Notes under the pieces: generated by a model
Databases searched by the model: none
What the model was told of the DNA's origin: nothing
What the model saw: only the letters and a program-made list of their open reading frames with translations
Position numbers and translations under genes: made by a program
Sequence record: DRR723986_3145
DNA: 53,304 nucleotides
Direction: 5' to 3' (one strand)
Shown here: positions 19,506 to 28,411 of the stretch, piece by piece
Numbering within the stretch: position 1 is the stretch's first letter
Layout of the letters: the number at the start of each line of letters is the position of its first letter

Positions 19506-19527
19506 CCGGCTGCGCTGGCGCAGCCGG
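19506..19527. terminator. Hairpin between convergent genes
   Basis: CCGGCTGCG-CTGG-CGCAGCCGG perfect 9-bp stem, no U tract. Confidence 0.5.
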
Positions 19528-19534
19528 AACTTGA

Positions 19535-22500
19535 CTAGATGCCCTCGATTGCGTCGGTGAGCTTCTGCCGCCGGTGCAGGATGTTGGCGAATATCTGTTC
19601 TCCCAACAGGTACAGGCTGGGAACCAGCACCAGGGTCACGCCGGTGGCGAACAGCACGCCAAAAGCCAGTGAGGTGACCATCGGAATCAGGAACTGGGCC
19701 TGGACGCTGGTCTCGGCCATGATTGGCAACAGGCCGATAAAGGTGGTCAGCGAGGTGAGGATGATCGGCCGGAAGCGGTCTTCTCCCGCCTGCAGCAGCG
19801 CGTCCATGACCCCGTGCCCGGCATTGCGCAACTGGTTGATGCGGTCGATCAGGACGAGGTTGTCGTTGACCACCACCCCGGCACAGGCAATCACCCCCAT
19901 CAGCGAGAACATACTGATCTGCCAGTTGAGGATCATGTGGCCGAAGATCGCGCCCATGATGCCGAACGGTACGGCGGTCAGGACCAGCAGCGGCTGCCAG
20001 TAGGACCGGAAGGGGATCGCCATAAGGGCGTAAATCACCAGCATCGACAGGCCCATGTACTTGAGCATGGCGCTCATGAAAGCCGACTCTTCCTGCAGTT
20101 CCCCGTCCAGGCCCATACTCAGGCCCGGGTACTTCTCGCGCCATTCAGGCATCCGGGAACGGATAACTTCATCAACCACGGCGCGCGGATCGGAGGTGCC
20201 GCGGGCCACTTCCGCGCTGATCTCCAGGGTGCGCTTGCGATCCAGCCGCTCGATGGTCAGGTAGCCGGGCTCGTAGCGGATTTCCGCCACGGTATCGAAC
20301 GGCACTTCATCACCCGCCGGGGTGCGCACCCGCATCTCGCTCAGGCTTTCCACCGACAGCCGTTCCTGCTCCGGGTAACGGACCATGACCCGCACATCCT
20401 CCTTGGTGCGTGGAATCCGCTGGGCCTCCGCGCCGTAGAAGGCCTGGCGCACCTGGCGGGCCACGTCTGCCAGGGTGATACCGAGGTTTTCCGCCGCCGG
20501 CTTGAGATCGAGCACGATCTCCTCCCGCGGTGAATCGAGGGTGTCATTGATGTTGTAAACCCCGGGATAGCTGGCCAGCGCCTGGCGCACTTCCGCCGAC
20601 ACGCTGCGCAGGTCCTCAAGCGACGACGACGCCAGGATCAGACGAATGGGCTTACCCATTTCGTTGATGGTGTAGTCCATCTGGAAGTCCTGTACCGGAC
20701 CGAGGTCACCGATCAACTCGCGCCAGCGATCGGAAAATTCGCGGGTATCCACCAGGTCAGAGGTCGATTCAACCACCACCCGCACCTCGTTCTCCCGACC
20801 ACGGGAGTCGATATGACCGATGACCGGGCCGAACAGGTTGTACTCGGGATCACCGTTGTACTCCCCCTTCGCCGCCACCGCGGCGGATTCCACCTGCCGC
20901 AGCACCCGGAGGGTATCGCTGTAGGCACCACCCTCGGGCAGCTCGATCTCGGCAATCACATAATCGGAATTGATCGAGGGGAAGAACCCGGTGCGCAGCC
21001 AGCCGCCGGCGTACAACGCCAGGCTGATCAGCAGCATCACCAGGAACACTGCACCAACCAGCAGGTTGGACCGCAGGCAGCGGGCCAGGAACGGCCGGTA
21101 AACGTTGTGGGCAAAGGCGGTCAGCGCATCGGCACAGCCCTGGCGCAGGCCCTCCACCCGTCGCAGGACGGCAAAGCGGCTGGGGCGTGGCGGGGCCATG
21201 TGGGCCAGGTGCGGTGGCAGGATCAACAGGCACTCGACCAGTGAGAAGGCCAACGCCAGGATGACCACCACAGGGATTGCGGCCGCCGCTTTCGCCATGT
21301 CACCGGGCATGAACATCATCGGCAGGAAGAAGATCATGGTGCTGATCACGGCGTACATGACCGGCTTGATCACCCCGCGCGCGCCATTGAGGGCGCCTTT
21401 GGCGCCGGTCTCGCCGGCCATCTGCCGCGAGTGGATCGATTCACCGACGATAATGGCGTCATCGACGACGATTCCCAGGATCAGCAGGAAGGCGAACAGG
21501 GAGATCATATTGAGGCTGACACCGGTGTACTGGAGCGCAAACAGGGTGCCCATGAAGGCGATCCCGATGCCGACGCAGACCCACATCGCCAGCTTCGGCC
21601 GCAGGAACAGCACCAGCACCAGGAACACCAGCGCCAGGCCACCGATACCGTTCTTGAGCAAGGTGTCCACCCGGCCCTTGAACGGAACCGAGGAATCGCG
21701 CCATACGGCGAGCTCCACACCCGGTGGCAGGCGCTTGCTGGCATCCTCCACCCAGGCATGGACCACTTCGCTGGTCTTGAGGGTATTGGGCCGGGAGGTC
21801 ACGAATACGTGCAGGTTGTGGGAGGGCTTATCGTTGAACCGGGTCCGGACATCGATATCCTCGAATCCGTCGACGATGGTAGCGACATCACCCAGCAGTA
21901 CCTGGGTGCCCTCGCGGGTGGTCAGCAAAGGTATCCGCTCGAAGTCGTAGCGGTCGTAGGCCTGGCCACGCGTCTGCAGCTGAATATCGCCCCCCGAGGA
22001 CTTGATGGATCCGGCCGGCAGGTTAAGGGAGGAGCGCTGGATAGCGGTCACCACGTCATCGAAGGTGAGCCCATAACGCCGCATGGTGTACTCGGAGATT
22101 TCCACCGCCACTTCGAAGGGCCGCGGGCTGGACAGCTCGACCACCGATACATGGGGCTGGGAAGCCAGGTCATCCCGCAGCTGCTCACCCAATTGCTTGA
22201 GATTTCGCTCGCCGATACTCCCGGCCAGCGAGACCACGGCCATCTGGTGCCGATAGGCCAGCTCAGTTACGACCGGCCGCTCCGCATCCGCGGGGAAGGT
22301 GTTGATCGCATCGACCCGGGTCTTTATCTCGGCGGTGAGCCGCTGCATGTCGTAATCGGCCTCCGCCTCGATCACCACCGTGCCCATACCCTGACGGGCG
22401 GTAGAGCGGATTTCCTTGATCCCATTCAGGTCGTGGATCGCTTCCTCGATGCGCACACAGATCTGCTCTTCCACTTCCCGCGGGCCGGCACCAGGGTAGG

Positions 22501-22651
22501 CCAGGGTCACACTGACCCGGTTCAGCTCCATCTCCGGGAAGAACTGCTTGTCGAGCGCCGGGATACCAAGGAAGCCACCGATGATGAGAAACACCATCAG
22601 CAGGTTGGCCGCTATCGGGTTGTCGATAAACCAGCGTACTGGACCGCCCAC
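19535..22651 (-). CDS. RND efflux permease (AcrB/AcrD/AcrF family)
   Basis: 1038 aa; YPGAGPREVEE, GIVVDDAIIVGE, RFRPIILTSLTT. Confidence 0.95.
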   Translation of the reverse strand: MGGPVRWFIDNPIAANLLMVFLIIGGFLGIPALDKQFFPEMELNRVSVTLAYPGAGPREVEEQICVRIEEAIHDLNGIKEIRSTARQGMGTVVIEAEADYDMQRLTAEIKTRVDAINTFPADAERPVVTELAYRHQMAVVSLAGSIGERNLKQLGEQLRDDLASQPHVSVVELSSPRPFEVAVEISEYTMRRYGLTFDDVVTAIQRSSLNLPAGSIKSSGGDIQLQTRGQAYDRYDFERIPLLTTREGTQVLLGDVATIVDGFEDIDVRTRFNDKPSHNLHVFVTSRPNTLKTSEVVHAWVEDASKRLPPGVELAVWRDSSVPFKGRVDTLLKNGIGGLALVFLVLVLFLRPKLAMWVCVGIGIAFMGTLFALQYTGVSLNMISLFAFLLILGIVVDDAIIVGESIHSRQMAGETGAKGALNGARGVIKPVMYAVISTMIFFLPMMFMPGDMAKAAAAIPVVVILALAFSLVECLLILPPHLAHMAPPRPSRFAVLRRVEGLRQGCADALTAFAHNVYRPFLARCLRSNLLVGAVFLVMLLISLALYAGGWLRTGFFPSINSDYVIAEIELPEGGAYSDTLRVLRQVESAAVAAKGEYNGDPEYNLFGPVIGHIDSRGRENEVRVVVESTSDLVDTREFSDRWRELIGDLGPVQDFQMDYTINEMGKPIRLILASSSLEDLRSVSAEVRQALASYPGVYNINDTLDSPREEIVLDLKPAAENLGITLADVARQVRQAFYGAEAQRIPRTKEDVRVMVRYPEQERLSVESLSEMRVRTPAGDEVPFDTVAEIRYEPGYLTIERLDRKRTLEISAEVARGTSDPRAVVDEVIRSRMPEWREKYPGLSMGLDGELQEESAFMSAMLKYMGLSMLVIYALMAIPFRSYWQPLLVLTAVPFGIMGAIFGHMILNWQISMFSLMGVIACAGVVVNDNLVLIDRINQLRNAGHGVMDALLQAGEDRFRPIILTSLTTFIGLLPIMAETSVQAQFLIPMVTSLAFGVLFATGVTLVLVPSLYLLGEQIFANILHRRQKLTDAIEGI

Positions 22652-22653
22652 GC

Positions 22654-23850
22654 TTATTCGCTCCAGCCGGCGACAGCGGCGGTGTCGTTGATGGTCACTG
22701 CCATGCCTGCCACAGTGAGTGCCGGGTCACTGACAATCACCCGCTCACCGGCATCCAGGCCGCGTACCCAGAGCTGCCGGGTCGTGCTCTGCAACACTTC
22801 CACCGACCGGGCCTGGGCCCGCTGCTGCTTGTCTACCACCATTACCGTCCCATCGGAGCGCAGCGCACTGCGCGGCAGCTCAGACACGGCCGGCATGTTG
22901 CGCCCGGTGATGGTCGCGTTAACAAACAGGCCAGGAGCCAGAGGCGGGCGCTCGCTGTCTGGATCGCGGGCGAAGGGGTTCTGGACTTCCGCAACCGCGT
23001 ACACCACCCGGCTGTCGACATCGATGCTGGCATCGGTACGGACGATCCGTCCCGTCCACTCCCAGGTCTGGCTGGCGAATTGCGCGCGCAAGGTCACGTT
23101 CGCGCCGCTGTTCTCCCCCGGCAAGGAATTGTCATAGCCCAGCGGCAGATCCAGCAGGGCGACCTGCTTGTCGGTAAGGGGAAGCCGCACCTGGGCAACG
23201 TCCGTGGCATATACCCGGGCGATCGGCGTGCCAGGTGCCACGTACTGACCGACATCGACATATTTCTCGCTGATCCGGCCATTGAACGGCACCGCGATCC
23301 GGGTGCGTTCCAGGTCGAGCTGCGCCGCACCCAGGTCCGCCTCGGCCGCGCGCAGGGCCGCCTCGGCGGCGGCGAGCTGTGGCTTGCGCAGGAACAGGTC
23401 ATTGGCCTCCACCGCGCCCAGGTCGCGCCACTCTCGCTGGGCCTGCAGCGAACGACCGCGTTCCTCGGCCACCCGCTGGCGGGCTGCCGCTACCTGCGAC
23501 TCCGCCCGCGCGATTGCAAAGCGGTAGTCCGCCTCTTCGACCCTGAGCAGGGGCTCAGCAGCAATGAAAAATCCGCCGGCGGCAAAGCCCGGTGCAGTTT
23601 CCTCCACCCGGCCGGCCACCTGGCTGATCAGGTTGATCTCCCGCAGAGGCTGCACGGTGCCCTGGGTTTCAACGGACAGCGAGCGATCCACCGGTCGGGC
23701 GGCAACCACATCGACCCGCGGCGGCGCGGACTCGGGAGGTGCCTGGGGCGCCGGTGCCGGCTTGCCCACCAGCAAGCCATAGGCGGCACCAAAACCGACG
23801 ACCAGCACGGCCAGTGTCAGCAGCCAGTTTTTTCTCCATTCGGGGGTCAT
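22654..23850 (-). CDS. RND periplasmic adaptor (MFP)
   Basis: N-terminal TM, lipoyl halves QVAGRV...IAVPFNGRI, coiled-coil hairpin, GLDAGERVI. Confidence 0.93.
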   Translation of the reverse strand: MTPEWRKNWLLTLAVLVVGFGAAYGLLVGKPAPAPQAPPESAPPRVDVVAARPVDRSLSVETQGTVQPLREINLISQVAGRVEETAPGFAAGGFFIAAEPLLRVEEADYRFAIARAESQVAAARQRVAEERGRSLQAQREWRDLGAVEANDLFLRKPQLAAAEAALRAAEADLGAAQLDLERTRIAVPFNGRISEKYVDVGQYVAPGTPIARVYATDVAQVRLPLTDKQVALLDLPLGYDNSLPGENSGANVTLRAQFASQTWEWTGRIVRTDASIDVDSRVVYAVAEVQNPFARDPDSERPPLAPGLFVNATITGRNMPAVSELPRSALRSDGTVMVVDKQQRAQARSVEVLQSTTRQLWVRGLDAGERVIVSDPALTVAGMAVTINDTAAVAGWSE

Positions 23851-24036
23851 TTAACTCACCTGTCCTTTTTTCCCACGATCACTCTGGACCTCCGGGCTGA
23901 AACCAGCCTGAATTCCCGCGCCGCGCACAAGCCTGCGCCCGCGACTGCTGACCGTGTTTCCATTACGAAAGTTCCCGAATATACGCAGTACAAGCGCCTC
24001 CGGATGGGATCAGGCAGCGCCAAAAAAAGTCGCTTT

Positions 24037-24054
24037 TTAGTATGAACATTCTAA
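24037..24054. promoter_or_regulatory. Imperfect 18-bp palindrome upstream of phasin genes, probable PhaD-type operator
   Basis: TTAGTATGAACATTCTAA (14/18 self-complementary). Confidence 0.6.
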
Positions 24055-24128
24055 TTTTTCTCCGTAATCTCGGTTTCGTTAGGGGCGGAAACGCGCCCCC
24101 GAAAACCAGACCAGACAGGAGATACCCC

Positions 24129-24614
24129 ATGGCTGAACAAACCAAGACCACCGCCAAGCGCAAGCCCGCCGCTCGCAAGACCCCGGCGAAGAAAACTGCT
24201 GCCAAGCGCAAGCCGGTTGCCAAGAAGACCACTACCCGTCGCGCTGCACCGAAGAAAGCTGCGAGCAAGACCGCACCTGAATTCACCACGCGCGCTCGCG
24301 AAGCCAGCCGCAATGCGTTCCTGGCCAGCCTGGGCTTTTACGGCAAGGCCTTTGACCAGGTACAGGAGCAGTTCGACGGTCTGCAGAAGCAGATGGAAGA
24401 GCGTCGCGCCAAGGCCGATGACATGTACCAGGAACTGGTCAAGCGCGGCAAGAAAGTCGAAAAGGACGCCAAAGTCGCCCTGGACGATATCGAACTGCCC
24501 AAGATCGAGCTGGAGAGCCTGACCGATCGCAAGAAGCTTGACGCCCAGTTGAAGAAGGCCAAGGCCCGCTTCGAAGAACTGCGCGGCACCATCGGCTTTA
24601 ACAAAGCCGCTTAA
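24129..24614 (+). CDS. Phasin-like protein with N-terminal Lys/Ala-rich histone-like tract
   Basis: AKRKPAARKTPAKK... then FLASLGFYGKA...YQELVKRGKKVE; AGGAG RBS. Confidence 0.85.
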   Translation: MAEQTKTTAKRKPAARKTPAKKTAAKRKPVAKKTTTRRAAPKKAASKTAPEFTTRAREASRNAFLASLGFYGKAFDQVQEQFDGLQKQMEERRAKADDMYQELVKRGKKVEKDAKVALDDIELPKIELESLTDRKKLDAQLKKAKARFEELRGTIGFNKAA

Positions 24615-24662
24615 ACCGTACCATCCAGGTCTCAATAACCCCGGTTTCCGGGGCCTTTTTCG

Positions 24663-24689
24663 GGGGTCACAGTGTGGCCCCTTTTTTTT
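24663..24689 (+). terminator. Rho-independent terminator
   Basis: GGGGTCAC-AGT-GTGGCCCC followed by T8. Confidence 0.85.
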
Positions 24690-24753
24690 GCCCGGCAATC
24701 TGGTTTAATGCCCCTTCACCGCAAGCGGCCCGCAGGGGGCCGGGGGTAACAAG

Positions 24754-25287
24754 ATGACTGATGATAAGAACAAGGTGACCGACAAGGCGGGTGAAATCGC
24801 CAAGAATATCTGGCTCGCGGGCGTTGGCGCCTACGGCCGGGCAGTGGACGAAGCCCAGGGCCGCCTGGAGAAAGCCGGGGTAGAGACCCCCAAGCTGTTT
24901 CGCGATCTGGTCAAGGCCGGGGCCGCACTGGAAGACGAGGCTCGCGAGGCCATACAGTCAGGCCAGGCGGCACGCAGTTCGGTGGAAGACCGGATCAGCC
25001 GGGTGCGGGAGAACTTCAACCTGCAGCGACCGGCCCGCGGGGAAGATCTGCTGGCATTGCATGAGAAAATCGATCGCCTGACCAATAAGGTCGACGAACT
25101 TACCCGGGCCATGGCGGAGCAAGGTGTGATCAAGGCACCGCGCAAGAAAACCACCACCCGCAAGAAACCCGCCGCGAGCAAAAAGGCCAGTCCGGCGCGC
25201 AAGAAGGCTGCCAGCAGCGCCGGCAAACGCCCTGCGAGCAAGACCAGCTCACCGGCGCGCAAGAGCACCCGCGCGCGCAAGACCTGA
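24754..25287 (+). CDS. PhaF-like phasin with C-terminal Lys/Ala-rich tail
   Basis: IWLAGVGAYGRA...LFRDLVKAG phasin core; KKPAASKKASPARKK tail. Confidence 0.87.
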   Translation: MTDDKNKVTDKAGEIAKNIWLAGVGAYGRAVDEAQGRLEKAGVETPKLFRDLVKAGAALEDEAREAIQSGQAARSSVEDRISRVRENFNLQRPARGEDLLALHEKIDRLTNKVDELTRAMAEQGVIKAPRKKTTTRKKPAASKKASPARKKAASSAGKRPASKTSSPARKSTRARKT

Positions 25288-25296
25288 TAAGGCGCC

Positions 25297-25956
25297 ATGA
25301 AAACCCGTGACCGTATCCTGGTCACCAGCCTCGCCCTGTTCAATGAGGAGGGCGAGGCCCACACCACCACCATCGATATTGCCAACGAGCTGGATATCAG
25401 CCCGGGCAACCTGTACTACCACTTCAAAGGCAAGGACCAGATTATTGCCGAGCTGTTCTCCCAGTACGAGATCGCCCTGGGCGACACCCTTGCGGCGCCC
25501 ATAGAAGCCCCCCTGGGAGCCGAGCGCGGCCAGGTTGAAGACAACTGGTATTTTCTTTATGTGGTGCTGGAGGAGATGTACCAGTACCGCTTCCTGTACC
25601 ACAACCTCGATGACATCCTGCAACGTTACCCCGACGTGCGACGGGCGTTCCGGCGCCTGATCCAGCTCAAGCGCGCTGCCCTGTTCGCGATTTGCAGCGC
25701 CTTGCTGGAGCAGTCGGTTATCGATGCCCGCGAGCAGCAGCTGGTGGGTCTGGTCGACAATATGACCCTGGTGCTGACTTTCTGGCTCAACTACGACCAG
25801 CTGTTGCACGAACCCCGTGAGCCGCAGGTCACTATCCACCAGGGCGTCTTGCAATTGCTCACCATGGTGGCCCCCTACCTGGGCGAAGAGCAGATCAGTT
25901 TCTACCGGGACTGCGAATCGATCTACGCGGACATGCTGGCCCGCGACCAGGACTAG
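25297..25956 (+). CDS. PhaD-like TetR family regulator
   Basis: MKTRDRIL...IANELDISPGNLYYHFKGK...WYFL...YRFLY...VAPYL closely resembles pseudomonad PhaD; next to phasins. Confidence 0.88.
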   Translation: MKTRDRILVTSLALFNEEGEAHTTTIDIANELDISPGNLYYHFKGKDQIIAELFSQYEIALGDTLAAPIEAPLGAERGQVEDNWYFLYVVLEEMYQYRFLYHNLDDILQRYPDVRRAFRRLIQLKRAALFAICSALLEQSVIDAREQQLVGLVDNMTLVLTFWLNYDQLLHEPREPQVTIHQGVLQLLTMVAPYLGEEQISFYRDCESIYADMLARDQD

Positions 25957-26603
25957 ACCGCGGGTTTCTGCACCAGTATCACGTCGGCGCCATGAAACCC
26001 GGGCTCGCACTGCTGCTGCGCCGCCCACCAATGCCAGCTCTCGCGGCTGAAAAAACAGACGTGGGTCGGATCGTTCTTGTAGTGCCAGCGGGCAAAGGCA
26101 TCGGCATCCAGCACCAGCTTGGTCATCACCGCCAGCCAGCCTCCCGGGCGCAGCAGCGACCAGAGCCGCGCCAGCTCCTGCCCCGGCTGGTGCAGGTGCT
26201 CTACCACTTCAGTGGCCGTGATGAAGTCGTAAGTGCCAGCCAGAGCACCTGGATCAGGGTGGAAGAAACTGTCGTACAGGCTGACCTCGCAGCCCGCCTC
26301 CGCCAGCATCTGCGCCAGGGCCGGCCCAGGCCCACAACCGAAGTCCAGGCCCCGGGCACCGGCCGCCACCCGCACCAGCAGCGGCTCTGCCAGACGCGAC
26401 AGGAAGCGGCGATAGCCGGGATCTGCGGGGTCGTTTTCATGGCGCTGGTACTCGGCGAGCTCCGCCGCCCGGTCCAGGTAGTAAGCCGGTGGCACAAAGA
26501 CCAGGGCGCAGCGCCCACAGCGCAGATAGGCTCTGCGCTGATCGCGGTGAAACGGCTCGCTGTCATGCCCACCGCACAAGGGGCAGTGCGCTTCACCGTT
26601 CAT
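25953..26603 (-). CDS. Class I SAM-dependent methyltransferase with N-terminal Cys motifs
   Basis: CPLC...CGRC, GLDFGCGPGP, TEVVEHL, WHYKNDPTHV. Confidence 0.9.
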   Translation of the reverse strand: MNGEAHCPLCGGHDSEPFHRDQRRAYLRCGRCALVFVPPAYYLDRAAELAEYQRHENDPADPGYRRFLSRLAEPLLVRVAAGARGLDFGCGPGPALAQMLAEAGCEVSLYDSFFHPDPGALAGTYDFITATEVVEHLHQPGQELARLWSLLRPGGWLAVMTKLVLDADAFARWHYKNDPTHVCFFSRESWHWWAAQQQCEPGFHGADVILVQKPAV

Positions 26604-26652
26604 CTGCTATTATTCCCCGCCGACACAACCAAGCGAAATCAAGGAGTTCACG

Positions 26653-27132
26653 ATGGCTATCCAGGCTGGCGACAAAATCCCCGCATGCACCATGAAAGTC
26701 ATGGGCGAGAAGGGCCCCGCTGACATCACCACTGACGATATTTTCAACGGCAAGAAAGTGCTGCTGTTCGCCGTTCCCGGCGCATTTACCCCCGGCTGCT
26801 CCATGACCCACCTCCCCGGCTACGTGGTCAATGCCGACAAGATCAAGGCCCAGGGTGTAGACAGCATCGTCTGCATGGCGGTCAACGACGCCTTTGTCAT
26901 GGACGCCTGGGGCAAGGCCCAGAATGCCGAGGAGATCCTGATGCTTGCCGATGGCAACGGCGAGTTCACCGCCGCCCTTGGCCTGGAGCTGGATGGCAGC
27001 GGCTTCGGTCTCGGTCATCGCAGCCAGCGCTTCGCGATGATCGTCGATAACGGCACCGTCACTCACCTCAACGTCGAGCCCGGCGCCGGGGTCGATGTGA
27101 GCTCTGCCGAAACCATGATGGCCCTGCTCTAA
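26653..27132 (+). CDS. Peroxiredoxin (Prx5 family)
   Basis: PGAFTPGCSMTHLPGY, VNDAFVMDAW, RSQRFAMIV. Confidence 0.96.
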   Translation: MAIQAGDKIPACTMKVMGEKGPADITTDDIFNGKKVLLFAVPGAFTPGCSMTHLPGYVVNADKIKAQGVDSIVCMAVNDAFVMDAWGKAQNAEEILMLADGNGEFTAALGLELDGSGFGLGHRSQRFAMIVDNGTVTHLNVEPGAGVDVSSAETMMALL

Positions 27133-27728
27133 GAGCCGTCCGCGCCACTGGTCACCCGCACCAGTGGCGCCAGCTTTTCCCGGTCGGCGTCCGTCGCCGG
27201 CCGCCCCGTTTCGTAAAAGAATTTCATCCCCGCCGCCACCTGCACCAGGTTGTCTTCCATCAGCGGCAGAATGAACCAGTCCCCAAGCAACTCACCGAAG
27301 CTGCCCCAGGGCATCTCGAAGGCCAGGGCGAGGGTGATCCGGGTCTGGTCGGCGGCCGCCGGTGCCAGGGCATAGCTGAAACTCACCTGCTCAAAGGGCG
27401 TCATCGGCTCAGCACCCTGGTGCAGGCGGATCACAAAGCCCTCTCCCTCGCGCCAGTCGGTGATGGTTTCCTCGAGATAATCCCCGTCCTCGTCGTAGAC
27501 CCGACGATGGGCACCTACCCCTGACTGTCGGTCGGAGACGATCTCGGTTCGGGTCAGGCCGGGCACATAGTTGTGCGCCAGGCTGAAATCCTGGAGCAGG
27601 GCCCAGGCCGCCTCGGGACTGAGCTGCGCCTCGACCTGGACCTTGGCGCGCTGCTGGTCGGCGGCGTGAACCGCCAGCGGCAGCAAGCAGGCGAGCAGAC
27701 AGCCCGTCAGTATTTTGCTAATCCTCAT
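27129..27728 (-). CDS. SRPBCC/START-like protein with signal peptide
   Basis: Signal MRISKILTGCLLACLLPLAVHA; AWALLQDF...GVGAHRRV...ETITDWREG...KFFYETG. Confidence 0.82.
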   Translation of the reverse strand: MRISKILTGCLLACLLPLAVHAADQQRAKVQVEAQLSPEAAWALLQDFSLAHNYVPGLTRTEIVSDRQSGVGAHRRVYDEDGDYLEETITDWREGEGFVIRLHQGAEPMTPFEQVSFSYALAPAAADQTRITLALAFEMPWGSFGELLGDWFILPLMEDNLVQVAAGMKFFYETGRPATDADREKLAPLVRVTSGADGS

Positions 27729-28348
27729 ACGTGGACCTCCCGGGGTTCCCGCAGCAACCCGCTGATAGCGATGGAAAACAGGCAGTAAGCCAGGAAAAAG
27801 TAAAAGCCGGACTCCAGTCGGGCATCCATGATCAGCAGGTCGCCCATCTGCCCCGATGCGCTGCCAGCCATATACGCGACCAGCAGGCCCATGACAAAAA
27901 CATCCGCCATCGACCACTTGCTCAGCGAGGCATTGAGCCACTGGCAGGCGCGGCGCAGTGCCACGGGAGGCAACAACAGGCTGACCGCCTGCAGCAGAAG
28001 CTTGAACACCGGGATCACGAGGCTGAAAAATACGATCAGGAAAGCGACCAGCAGGTTGCCGGTGCGCGCCAGTTCCTGCACCGTTCCCCAGATAGAGCGG
28101 GTGCTCTGATAGGCGCGCAGCTGGCCTTCCACCTGGTCCAGGCCCAGCAGGGTGGAAAACATGGCGAGCATCTGTCGAGTCTGGCTGTCGGCGCCCTCTC
28201 CCGCGATCAGGTCTATCCCCAGCGCCGTAATCCGGGACTTCTCTATATCACCGGTCAGGGTAAGCACCGGTTGCGTCACCCCCGGGTACAGCAGGGCGAT
28301 GGCAACCAGAATCATGAACAGGGACAGGGCTTTGCGTCGCGGACTCAT
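27725..28348 (-). CDS. PqiA-like membrane protein (single domain)
   Basis: SIWGTV, FSLVIPVFK, SKWSMADVFV, GFYFFLAYC. Confidence 0.88.
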   Translation of the reverse strand: MSPRRKALSLFMILVAIALLYPGVTQPVLTLTGDIEKSRITALGIDLIAGEGADSQTRQMLAMFSTLLGLDQVEGQLRAYQSTRSIWGTVQELARTGNLLVAFLIVFFSLVIPVFKLLLQAVSLLLPPVALRRACQWLNASLSKWSMADVFVMGLLVAYMAGSASGQMGDLLIMDARLESGFYFFLAYCLFSIAISGLLREPREVHV

Positions 28349-28411
28349 ACCACCTCCTGAATAGAGCAGGCATGATACCCAAAAGGTCCGCGCCGCACAG
28401 CGCGGCGTCTG

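Noticed and set aside
21431-23137. Long antisense or alternate-frame ORFs (e.g. 568 aa here, also 38765-40438, 34205-35575, 2553-3815, 44435-45658)
   Set aside because: Shadows of GC-rich genes on the opposite strand, with no recognisable motifs
24129-25287. AAG/GCC-rich repetitive DNA as a repeat array
   Set aside because: Explained by Lys/Ala-rich protein tails; no repeat-spacer structure, and no CRISPR array seen anywhere in the window
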